Assembly: GCA_951406725.2 (NCBI GenBank)
Contig: OX597815.1
Span: 208,010,001 to 208,074,000, forward strand
Length of the DNA: 64,000 bases
Reading direction: 5' to 3'
From: Octopus vulgaris
Taxonomy: Eukaryota
Notes under the pieces: model-generated
What the model saw: the letters and a program-made list of their open reading frames with translations, nothing else
Told to the model about the DNA's origin: nothing
The model's database searches: none
Part shown: positions 53,499-64,000 of the stretch, piece by piece
How the letters are laid out: the number at the start of each line of letters is the position of its first letter
How positions within the stretch are numbered: position 1 is the stretch's first letter
Program-made: the position numbers and the translations under genes

Positions 53499-53685
53499 TC
53501 ACTGCATGGAATTGAACTTGGAATCTTGGGGTTAGTAGCCTGCACTCTTAACCACTATGCCATATGCCTTGATGAAGGCTGGAGGGTATATCAGCCGAAA
53601 TGTTGTGTTAACAACAAACAAGATGAGGACAAATATCCGTCAAATGTAAATAATGTAAATAATGTAAACAATGTAAATAATGTTC
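53465..53685. mobile_element. Inverted tRNA-like cassette joined to a hammerhead-containing Penelope-like terminal repeat
   Basis: 53568-53495(-) is a tRNA-like head matching 63392-63466. 53569-53609(+) TTGATGA-A-GGCTG-GAGGGTATAT-CAGCC-GAAA-TG-TT-GTGTT matches 63541-63581. Confidence 0.7.
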
Positions 53686-55219
53686 AATTTTGATGTTATT
53701 CAGCCCAAAATTTGTATGTCTTTTAGTGGATGTTGGGATTTATTCTTGAAACCCTTCATGTAACTGTTACATATTCTATAGGCCTAACCACATGGAAATC
53801 AAAACTCTCCTTGACATAATTTGTATTCAAAACATATTTTTACTGACTGCAGTAAATTGTCTGCAATTGTTTTTTTTTTTATTTGTGTTCCAGATTCATC
53901 AACAACAACAACAACAATGGCAGCAAAAAATAATAATTCTCTGCTGTCTTTCATTTTTTTTTTTCTGTTTTGTTACGTATTTGTTCGCGTATTATTTATT
54001 TGTAAATTCTAATAATTATCCTATTATGAACCTTTTTATATGTCTTTGAAATCTGCCAATTACTTCAATTTTATGTCAATTGTAATCCTAGCATAATACT
54101 TTAGCCTAATATCCACCGTTTCCCAAGTTAAATGCCCGTATCCTTTCTATCTACCTCTGTCATTCCTGCTACCACAACCACCAACTATATAAACAGAAAC
54201 ACAACAAAAGAAACGAAGAATTACTATCTCTATAAATAGAAAAAAGATAATTCCTGACCAATTTTTTAAAATATGTTTTTTTTTGTCATATTCTTCACAA
54301 TTATTTCTTTTCTATAAATTTTACTCCTAAAAAATTTCTGTACATTAAAAGAAAAAATAACAAGGAAAAATGAAACATATATGAAAAAACATTAATATAT
54401 TAATATTAGTAATACTACTAATACTACTAATACTAATAATAATACTAATAATACTAATACTACTAATAATAGAACTTCATTTTAGATTTGATTCCTTTTG
54501 CTTGTTTTTTGTTTTTTTTGGGGTTTTTTTTCACTACTGCAATCTCTGAGAAATAGGCAAAATATAATCGTTAATCACTGGACTCGAATAAAAGAGAACA
54601 AAATATGACGAGGTGGGTGAGTTAAAAATTGTTTTGTATGAGAGGAAGCGATTTTCATAGATTAACTCAATAAAGAATTTTATTATTTCCGTTATTAGGA
54701 TTGTAATTAGAATAATTGCAGATTATTATTCATTCAAACAATGTGACATTCGTTATCAGAATTATGCCTTTGCTTGCTTTACATGTTTTTGTTATTTTCT
54801 GAGTTGATTCATGTATATATATATACACACACACACACATATATATAAATATATACATATATATGATGACGATGTATATAAGTATGTATGTATGTATGTG
54901 TTATAAATTAGTTTGCATATTTTGACAAGAAATTACATAAATATGCTAATATACCCTAAACACAGTCGATTCAGAAGTGATGTGTGTTAATTCGACTCTT
55001 AATCACTTAAGTAAATCACTAATAATGCCTATTATTTTACAATCACTAATACACCAGAATTTCTTTAAATGAGAAAATAAGTGCAATTTCTATTATTCTT
55101 TTTCTTTTTCTTTTTATTTTTCATACTCAAATTTAGTAATTTACTTGGTCAGTATTCTAAATTGTGCTTTTTAATCACAGCTCAGCTTAATCAAAGATAA
55201 CCCTGGATTATGAAGGGTT

Positions 55220-55693
55220 AACGTGCCACCGGCTGGCTTCCATGCCGGTGGCATGTTAAAAGCTCCAATCGATCGTGGCCGATGCCGGACCCCCCTGGCA
55301 CCTGTGCAGGTGACACGTAAAAAGAACCATCCGAACGTGGTCGATACCAGCGCCGCCTCGACTGGCTTCTGTGCCGGTGGCACATAAAAAGCACCATCCA
55401 AACGTGGCCGATGCCAGCGCCGCCTTGGCTGGCTTCCGTGCCGGTGGCACATTAAAAGCTCCAACCGATCATGGCCGATGCCGGACCCCCCTGGCACCTG
55501 TGCAGGTGGCACGTAAAAAGCACCCACTACACTCGCGGAGTGGTTGGCGTTAGGAAGGGCATCCAGCTGTAGAAACTCTGCCAGATCAGACTGGAGCCTG
55601 GTGCAGCCCCTGGCTTCCCAGACCCCGGTCGAACCGTCCAACCCATGCTAGCGCGGAAAACGGACGTTAAACGATGATGATGATGATGATGAT
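55220..55693 (+). mobile_element. Repeat family C, GC-rich copy with ~60-bp tandem subrepeats and (GAT)n tail
   Basis: About five units each containing a GTGCCGGTGGCAC-like hairpin plus AAAAGC. 3' end GGACGTTAAAC(GAT)n. Confidence 0.8.
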
Positions 55694-56035
55694 GAAATGT
55701 TCCTGGCTTTGGGTAAGAGAAAGTACAGGAGGATCATCGAATTATGATTTTATTCCACATATTCTCCTCTCATATTCTCACACTTATTGCAGTGGTCCTT
55801 CAGTTTTTCTAAGCCCTGTAAAAGAACTCAGAAGGTTGGGCTTCCAACCAGGCCTTTCACGATACCCTTATACCCAGGAGCTTTTCAACACCCCCTCGTA
55901 CACAATAACAATGACAAGCTGTTACTGCAAAGCATATCTAAGAAGGACATGTTATTAAAATGTGTCCTTCCAGTTTTAGCATAATTTTTGTGAGATTAAA
56001 CTGCTATTTTTAACACATCAATCACCAACATAGAA

Positions 56036-56180
56036 AAATCATGGGCAAACTACAGCCCAAGGGACTTATTAAACTGCACATATAACAAAAATTATCTTGA
56101 ATTTTTTTCAGTAGTACAACCCTCCTGATGATGAGTCATGTCTCATGCAGCCCACTTTTTGAAAAGGCTGACCATGCCTG
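56036..56180. mobile_element. Small decayed hAT-type MITE
   Basis: Ends ..CATGGGCAAACTAC and AGGCTGACCATGCCTG, flanked by 8-bp near-TSD ACATAGAA / ACATAGAG. Confidence 0.55.
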
Positions 56181-56545
56181 ACATAGAGACTCATACAAAA
56201 GCTGTATTTGTAGGTGAGACCTGCAATTAGAACTGTATCTAACAAAACTAGTTTACCGTCACTCAGTTGACATTGTTTTAGCAAATATACCTGTTGTCTA
56301 CAGAGAATGTCAGAGAATCAGCAGAGCGAGTAATTTTCACGGTTGGATTCTTTGTGTAACATAAGTCATTCAACCGTGAAATGAGAGTAAGTTCCAGTAA
56401 TAAAAATGCCAATTGAAATAAGCAGTTTAATGTATATTTCTCAGGGTTTAGAAATCAATGCCTGTAGCAAGATTTGAACCCTTAATGTTGCAATCAGTAA
56501 TTCTTCATCTTCTCTTACATTCATTATCACTCTCATTCTTTCTTC

Positions 56546-56579
<34 letters not shown>

Positions 56580-56611
56580 CTCTCTGCTCATGTACGTGTC
56601 ATGAGTGTATA

Positions 56612-56845
56612 AGGCGCCGAGCTGGCAGAAACGTTAGCACACCGGGCGAAATGCTTAGCGGTATTTTGTCTGCCATTACGTTGTGAGTTCAAATTCTGCC
56701 GAGGTCAACTTTGCCTTTCATCCTTTCGGGGGTCGATAAATTAAGTACCAGTTACGCACTGGGGTCCATGTAATCGACTTAATACCTATGTCTGTCCTTG
56801 TTTGTCCCCTCTGTGTTCAGCCCCTTGTGGGTAGTAAAGAAATAG
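56612..56845 (+). mobile_element. SINE family B, full length
   Basis: GGCGCCGAGCTGGCAGAAACGTTAGC...GAGTTCAAATTC...CCCCTTGTGGGTAGTAAAGAAAT, followed directly by a family A 5' half (56846-57002). Confidence 0.9.
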
Positions 56846-57302
56846 GTGTGGCTGTGTGGTAAGAAGCTTCCTTCTCAACCACATGGTCCATGGTTCAGTT
56901 CCACTGTATAGCATCTTGGGCAAATGTCTTCTACTATAGTCTCGGACCGATCAAAGCCTTGTGAGTGGATTTGGTAGATGGAAACTGAAAGAAGTCTGTC
57001 GTATACACACACACACACACACATACGTATGTATGTACGCATGTAGCAGGTTCCTTTTCCAATTTCCATCTGCCAGTAGAAGATACTTGCCCCAGGTTCT
57101 GTACAATGAGAATGAACTCAGAACGATGGAGTTGTGAAGCAAACTTCTTAACACACAGCCATTAGTAAGTGTTAGCTGTGAGAGGAAATTGTAAGAATGT
57201 AAACACATTGCTTCTATGTTTTTGACTTGCAGAATAAAGAACAAGGGAGAATTCTAACAAATGGCTGATGGGTATATACGAATAAATATATATACATATA
57301 TA

Positions 57303-57465
57303 TGCAGGAGTGGCTGTGTGGTAAGTAGCTTGCTTACCAACCACATGGTTCTGGGTTCAGTCCCACTGCATGGCATCTTGGGCAAGTGTCTTCTGCTATA
57401 GCCCCGGGCCGACCAATGCCTTGTGAGTGGATTTGGTAGACGGAAACTGAAAGAAGCCCATCGTA

Positions 57466-57510
<45 letters not shown>

Positions 57511-57725
57511 GTGTGTGTATGTTTGTATGTCTGTGTTTGTCCCCCTAGCATTGCTTGACAACTGATGCTGGTGTGTTTACGTCCTTGTCACTTAGCGGTT
57601 CGGCAAAAAGAGACTGATAGAATAAGTACTGGGCTTACAAAGAATAAGTCCCGGTGTCGATTTGCTCGACTAAAGGCGGTGCTCCAGCATGGCCGCAGTC
57701 AAAGGACTGAAACGAGTAAAAGAGT
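57303..57725 (+). mobile_element. SINE family A
   Basis: Near-identical to 20881-21299. Confidence 0.92.
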
Positions 57726-58940
57726 ATATGTGTGTGTGTATGCATGTGTGTGTATGTGCATATCACTGTGTGTGTGTATGTGCATGCATGTGTTTGTATG
57801 TGTGTGAGTGTGATCGGGCATGTACAAGGTTGCTGGAAATGGAATCAGGATCGACAATAATTTCACAGAGGAATCTGTTGCTCAGAAGAATATTCATCAT
57901 GATTTTCTCCTTAGCGTTTCACTTTGTTATTGATTTTTAGGTCATGTGGTATTTATAGAAGTTCAGGAATCGTTATACAACAGCAAACTGATTCACATTT
58001 TCAACCGTCAAAGAACTGCATCGCTTTGAAATTTTGACTTGTGTCAAAATGTCTTGAGGTCAAACAAAGTCAAGACTGCAATACAAACAAGTTAGTGGAA
58101 GAGCTCACGAAGAAGCTTAAGAATAAGGGTAAAATGATCATGTTTAAGTACAGCAACAAAAGAGAAGGACATTGAGTATTATGTAATTTATATAGAAAAT
58201 CTATTGAGGCGTCTCTAATTGACTGACTTCAAATCAAAATGTTTGGTGCACCAAATGTACCGAAGAAGCAACTAAGATCTATTTGTCTTCAAGAGAAATC
58301 TCAAAACTGCTGAAGTGGCTTGTTGCAAGAAAATAAAAGAGGCATATGTTTTTTTTTTTATTTAAAATATAAACCAATAAACCAGTACTAGAGATACAGC
58401 TAGTGCTAGTGTGTGGTGATTGTGTAAGATGATGACATCATCATCATCATCATCATCATCGTCGTCATCGTCATCGTCGTCATCGTCATCATCATCATCA
58501 TCATCATCATCATCCCAGTCATCATCATCATCATCATCATCGTCATCATTATCATCATCATCATCATCACCATCATCATTCAATGTCCATTTTACCATGC
58601 TTGCATGGATCAGATGGAAATTTGTTGAGGTAGATTTTTCTGTGGCTGGATGCCCTTCCTGTTGCCAACCCTCGCCTGAATGCCCTTCCTAACGCCATAT
58701 GTAGTGGTCAAGGCATTTGGCTCATAATGATTAAAGTCATGAGTTTCAATTCCTGACAGTGTTATTGAACCTTTGAACAAGACGCTTTGATGTTCCATTC
58801 CACTCAGCCTGGCAAGAATGAGTTGTACCAGTAATTCAAAGGAGGGTCAGCTTTGCCATATCCTGTGTCACACTCAATATCCTAGAGAACTACATTAAGG
58901 GAGTGCACATACATACAAAAATATAAATATATGTACATAC

Positions 58941-58991
<51 letters not shown>

Positions 58992-58994
<3 letters not shown>

Positions 58995-59305
58995 CCGGAG
59001 TAAACACATAAATGTGAAACAAGGTGGAAAAAAGAGTACTCAAATACCAGTGGTAGAGTAATATGCTTTATTTAAAGAAAATTCAACGGAAAATTCAACA
59101 GAAAATTCAACGGGAAACTCAGAGTAACAGGTTTTGTTGAATTTTCTGCTGCTTTACATAAAGTATATATATATATACATACATATATATACATATATGT
59201 TTATATGCACGTATGTATATATGTGTGTATATATATATATATATGTGTGTATATATATGTATGTATGTATGTATATATCTACACACATACACATATATAT
59301 ATGTG

Positions 59306-59344
<39 letters not shown>

Positions 59345-59570
59345 TTTATTTAAAGCAGCAGAAAATTCAACAAAACCTGTTACTCTGAGTTTCCCGTTGC
59401 CGTTAATCGGACAGTTTATTCTAGCAAAAACTGTCCGATGAACAGGAACGTGAAACTCAGAGTAACAGGTTTTGTTGAATTTTCTGCTGCTTTAAATAAA
59501 GCATATTACTCTACCACTGGTATTTGAGTACTCTTTTTTCCACCTTGTTTCACATTTATGTGTTTACTCC

Positions 59571-59575
<5 letters not shown>
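58992..59575. mobile_element. Nested foldback of Penelope-like terminal repeats with back-to-back hammerhead-like motifs, in (TA)n
   Basis: Outer ~86-bp apparently perfect inverted arms (58992-59077 / 59490-59575); inner arms 59341-59418 / 59427-59503. Plus-strand motif AAAACTGT-CCGATGA-ACAGGAACGT-GAAA-CTCAGAG-TA-ACAGGTTTT at 59427-59473. Confidence 0.7.
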
Positions 59576-59628
<53 letters not shown>

Positions 59629-60087
59629 AATTTATATATATATATATATATACACAGAATATTACGAAAAGTAAAAGCGATAGTTTCATTAGCTTCTCTT
59701 AATTATGTTATCCCTGTGATCCCGTTATAACTGCCAGAGATGGGGGAACATAGTGATTGCCTTCTTAATCAACCAACGATATAAATTTCATAACATAATA
59801 TCAAAGGCAACCAAGTCTCTGCTCTCCTGCTTCAATCACTTTCATTTTAGAAAGGAAATCTTCCATATATTACGAAGTTATTAAAGTCACAAGCTTTATT
59901 CTTAGTCCTAAACATTCAGTCATTATGGAGGTTAAGTTGCTGAACTAATGACCACATAATTGCATGTCCAAATTTTATTATGGATCTCCTGTTCTGCCTC
60001 TGAGCAAAGCATATAATTCTATGTGTTTCCATTTCCTTCATTGACTCCTTACTTTGTGGTCGTGTAGTTAAATGTTAAGGGGAACAT

Positions 60088-60690
60088 CTCTTTACTCTTT
60101 TACTTGTGTCAGTCAGTTGACTGCGGCCATGCTGGAGCACCACCTTTATTCGTTTATTATTTTATGTAAGCCCAGTACTTATTCTATCGGTCTCTTTTGC
60201 CGAACTGCTAAGCGACGAGGACATAAACACACCAGCATCGGTTGTCAAGCAATGCTAGGGGGACAAACACAGACACACAAACACATACTCTTTTTTACTC
60301 TTTTACTTGTTTCAGTCAGTTGACTGCGGCCATGCTGGAGCACCACCTTTATTCGAGCAACTCGACCCCGGGACTTATTATTTTATGTAAGCCCAGTACT
60401 TATTCTATCGGTCTCTTTTGCCGAACTGCTAAGCGACGAGGACATAAACACACCAGCATCGGTTGTCAAGCAATGCTAGGGGGACAAACACAAACACACA
60501 TATGCATACATATATATATATATACATACGACGGGCTTCTTTCAGTTTCCGTCTACCAAATCCACTCACAAGGCTTTGGTCGGCCCGAGGCTATAGTAGA
60601 AGTCACTTGCCCAAGGTGCCACACAGTGGGACTGAACCCGGAACCATGTCGTTAGGAAGCAAGCTACTTACTACACAGCCACTCCTGCGC
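60088..60690 (-). mobile_element. SINE family A with tandemly duplicated 3' half
   Basis: 60088-60286 repeats 60287-60500 and shares its private variants. Confidence 0.9.
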
Positions 60691-61480
60691 CTATCTGTGA
60701 GTGAAAATAAAAAAATTCTTCCCATCAATGTAATGTAGTGTAAATGCTTTATTTTATATTTACAGAGAGGAATGGCTGAATATGTTGAGAGGTAAACTTA
60801 TCTTTCAATCAAATGACAATGAAACAATTACGAAAGAAAATAAAATGATGGCTCTTAAGGCTCAAGAAATATTTCATGTGAGAAACTCTTTTTAAGGAAA
60901 AAAAAAATAAGGAAAATATGATACTTTGTTGAAAGAGTGCAACAGATAACATCTACCAACATTATGATGTATCTCGAAGCCTCCAGAAACAGCTGTTGAG
61001 TTTATAACACCTTACCTCTTTCTCTTTAACTTTCTATGTCATTTGTACTCTGTGTAAGTTTGATCTATTAATATAAATATATAAATATTTATACCTAAAT
61101 ATTCACTGTCTCAAGGCTTTCAGTCTTAGCTTTTATCCTTTTTGCATGTGTGCGAAAACCATTTGGTTTGTTTCAGTCTCTTACCTTATTATTATTATTA
61201 TTATTATTAACTTCTTATAATCATCAATAATAATGACCTGTTTGACTAGTAATACTCTAAATGTATATATTTGTTACTACCTGTCATAAATAGCCTTTTT
61301 ATATCTACAATATGCATTTTCGTTGATTTTTCATATTTTACCCTTACATTTCCACGTGTATTTTATATTTTTTTCAAAACATATTTCTACTATATATATA
61401 TATACATACACATACATTTTGTATATCAAACCTAAGCTGTTATATTTAATTTGTTTATCTGCATAATTGCCTCTATTTAG

Positions 61481-61611
61481 TTGTGTCTGGGGAGAGTCAT
61501 TTTCTTTTTGTGCCTTATAATGTAACACACTCACCGGTAAAATTTCCACTTATTTCTTATTTTTATTTTCCTAAAATTTCCGTTGCGTCTTGCAACCTTT
61601 TCAACAGTCTT
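61481..61611 (-). mobile_element. Single-arm copy of the U3-A8 hammerhead-like PLE repeat family
   Basis: Matches 7615-7745. Minus strand CTG-TTGAAAA-G-GTTGC-AAGAC-GCAAC-GGAA-AT-TT-TAG. Confidence 0.7.
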
Positions 61612-61646
61612 GTGTGTATATGTATGTGTACATTAGTAAAAAGAAA

Positions 61647-62044
61647 TCTTTATATATAAAAGTGAGGTTGTGTGCTGTCTGTCTCCAACGATTTAGATTC
61701 CTAACTACTCCCACGTTTTGCGGTGCAGTTTAACCAAAACCGGGTATCTTATAGTCGTGATTCATATCGAGCCCTTCTGGGTATTAGCGCACGTCTACGA
61801 TGAGTCTACGGTTTAAAAAAAATTTACCATCAATTTTCCCCATTTTTAATGCATTTTTGGCATATATAAGGGAAGTAACTCTCTAAAAATTTATTATTAA
61901 ATCTCAAAACGTAAAAAGCTACAGTAACACCCCCCCCCCTTTGTGGTTAGCCATATTGAGATGGCTATTATATTTTACATCTCTAAAAATGCTTATATAG
62001 TTATTTCCCTTAAAAACCCGAGCAACGCCGGGCGATACTGCTAG
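61647..62044 (+). mobile_element. Non-autonomous Helitron (related to 48845-49235)
   Basis: A|TCTTTATATATAAAA ... CCCGAGCAACGCCGGGCGATACTGCTAG|T. Termini shared with the other copy, interior largely different. Confidence 0.85.
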
Positions 62045-62532
62045 TCACTGATAAATCAGTTCATCAACCAAGGCAAGTACCTCATGGTATTTTTTTCTGT
62101 GCAAGATACCCAGGCATTCTTGGCAGAGGAAGAAATAGTCAACCAGCTGCTCGATCATTAGAAACCTACAGTCAATGATGTTATTGTTCACAAATTCTTG
62201 ATATCAATCAAGCAAACAAATAAACGAATAAATAAATACTTCTAATGAAAACAGAAACGTAAAAACAAAAGAAGAATAATTTTAATTTGATTTGAGAGCA
62301 CAGTTACCGTTCACCTTATGATTTAATTTCATAATAATGACAACAAAGCTAGTTAAATGCTGCTGCAGCTGCTGATTTTGACAATAATGGTCATGACGAC
62401 CATGATGATGACGATGATGATGATGATGATAATTTATAATATTATGGAAATAGTAATTAGTGTTTTAGTGTTGATTGAGATAATAATGAGGGTAGTAGTG
62501 ATATGGTTGTGGGTGTACGGCTGTGATGTTAT

Positions 62533-62820
62533 TGGTGGTGGGGATGGTGGTGGTGGTGTTGGTGGTGGTGGTGGTGGTGGTGGTGGTGGTGGTGGTGGTG
62601 GTGGTGGTGGTGGTGGTGGTGGTGGTGGTGGTGGTGGTGGTGGTGGTGGTGGTAGTGGTGGTGGTGTTGGTGGTGGTGGTGGTGGTGGTGGTGGTGGTGG
62701 TGGTGGTGGTGGTGGTGGTGGTGGTGGTGGTGGTGGTGGTGGTGGTGGTGGTGGTGGTAGTGGTGGTGGTGGTGGTAGTGGTGGTGGTGGTGGTGGTGTA
62801 GTAGTGGTGGTGGTGGTTGT
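62533..62820. repeat. Long (GGT)n microsatellite
   Basis: About 90 units with few interruptions. Confidence 0.97.
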
Positions 62821-63215
62821 AGGGACAATGATAATTGCTCAAAGAGAAAGGCTAATGATGAAGAGAATGGCTGGTGATGAAGAGAATGGCTGGTGACGAA
62901 GGGCGGATTTTCAAACTGGGAACGTTGTCTGCACCATTCAAACCAGTCAGAGTTTTGCAAAGCTTGTGAGTATTGTGTCCTTTTCCCTTTTAACTGACTT
63001 CATCATCGTTTTAACATTTTAATGACCACTTCTCCAATGGTTGCATGGGTCACATGGAGTTTATTGAGACAGATTCTCTACAAACAGATCCTCTTCTTGC
63101 CAATTCTCACCAATTTCCAAGCAAGGTAATATTTCCTCATGGCTAGAGATATCTTCACAGAATATTGGCTTCAAATTTTGTCACAAGGCCAGAAATTTCA
63201 GGCGAGAAATTCAGG

Positions 63216-63640
63216 GATAAAATAATAGACAGAGAACACCACTGGAAAATACAAAAACTAAAAGAAGCAGCACATATACTAGGACACAACAACCTCCTAA
63301 GCAGACCGAGTGCAGATATGAGTAGCATATGGGAACTGGATAGAAAAATATTAGATTTGTAAGCCCTAAAATTTACTCCATAATTGCCCACGGACATATG
63401 GCGTAGTGGTTAAGAGCACGGGCTACTAACCCCAAGATTCTGAGTTTGATTCCAAGCAGTGACCTGAACAATAACAATAATAATAACATCGAAAAATACC
63501 TTCGGAATGAGAACCCAGGTTCGAAATTTCCCCAAGACACCTGAAGAAGGTTGGAGGGTATATCAGACGAAATGTTGTGTTAACAAGAGGCAAGATGAGG
63601 AAAAATATCCGTCGAATGTAAATAATTCCTCATCTCGTAA
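63216..63640 (+). mobile_element. Penelope-like element 3' end: GIY-YIG-type endonuclease C-terminus, tRNA-like cassette and minimal hammerhead
   Basis: DKIIDREHHWKIQKLKEAAHILGHNNLLSRPSADMSSIWE resembles the PLE endonuclease C-terminal E...R/K..EA.HI segment. A/B boxes at 63399-63453. GACAC-CTGAAGA-A-GGTTG...CAGAC-GAAA-TG-TT-GTGTT at 63536-63581. Confidence 0.7.
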
Positions 63641-63672
63641 ATATAGAACTGAATTCAGGGATAGTTTGAATT

Positions 63673-63990
63673 CACCTACCATACTCTGAGCGCCTTGTTT
63701 CCCTGGGCATGGATTCACTGAAGCTCTGGCGTCTGGCGATGGACTTGGTAAACACCCACAAAGTTATCAACCACCTCACCAATAACAACACTGAACACCT
63801 TTTTGATCTCCATGTGTCCAACACACGTGGACATGCCTACAAAGTCAGAAAACAGCACAGCTCCCATGACTTTTGGAAACATTTTTTCACGCTCAGAGTT
63901 GCTGAAGCATGGAACAAACTGCCTGCGTCAGTTGTTGACTGCCATGACACTGCATCCTTTAAGGCCCTCATGCTTTCCAAAATCCGCTGA
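63673..63990 (+). mobile_element. CR1-like LINE ORF2 C-terminal fragment
   Basis: LPYSERLVSLGMDSLKLWRLAMDL...NTRGHAYKVRK...KHFFTLRVAEAWNKLPASVV...SFK, the typical TRGH / FF..RV..WN.LP tail. Confidence 0.9.
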
Positions 63991-64000
63991 AACTACACCT

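Noticed and set aside
55220-55520. CRISPR-like repeat/spacer appearance
   Set aside because: The spacers are themselves repeated, the context is a eukaryotic retroposon, and there are no cas genes.
61016-61033. Possible 18-nt microexon KVKEKE with a GTAAGG donor on the minus strand
   Set aside because: The acceptor lacks a polypyrimidine tract, and longer versions contain an in-frame stop.
62357-62960. Poly-Gly/Val/His/Thr ORFs
   Set aside because: Translations of (GGT)n.
63392-63466. Genuine tRNA gene (also the SINE heads at 35563, 26907 and others)
   Set aside because: Acceptor and T stems do not pair properly, and the units continue into repeat bodies. They are tRNA-derived, not functional tRNAs.

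Overview
AT-rich animal genomic DNA, almost certainly octopus (inferred from the SINE, LINE and microsatellite families). The window is nearly all intronic. The only host exon I can support is a 110-nt minus-strand exon (40975-41084) encoding the C-terminal half of a PH domain that matches the N-terminal PH domain of RasGRF-type Ras GEFs. The rest is repeats: at least four tRNA-derived SINE families, decayed RTE, CR1 and Dong/R4-like LINE fragments, Tc1/mariner remnants, MITEs (TA, TTAA and 8-bp TSD types), two non-autonomous Helitrons, and long (TA)n/(TAA)n/(CAT)n/(GGT)n tracts. Almost all ORFs in the supplied track are artefacts of these repeats. The most interesting signal is about a dozen short Penelope-like (PLE) terminal-repeat fragments, often in foldback form, each carrying a minimal type-I hammerhead-ribozyme-like motif. 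These include variant cores (a U3-A8 compensatory pair, U4C) and one family with a tRNA-like Pol III cassette just upstream of the hammerhead. All calls were made by eye without database searches; repeat boundaries are approximate unless a TSD is quoted.
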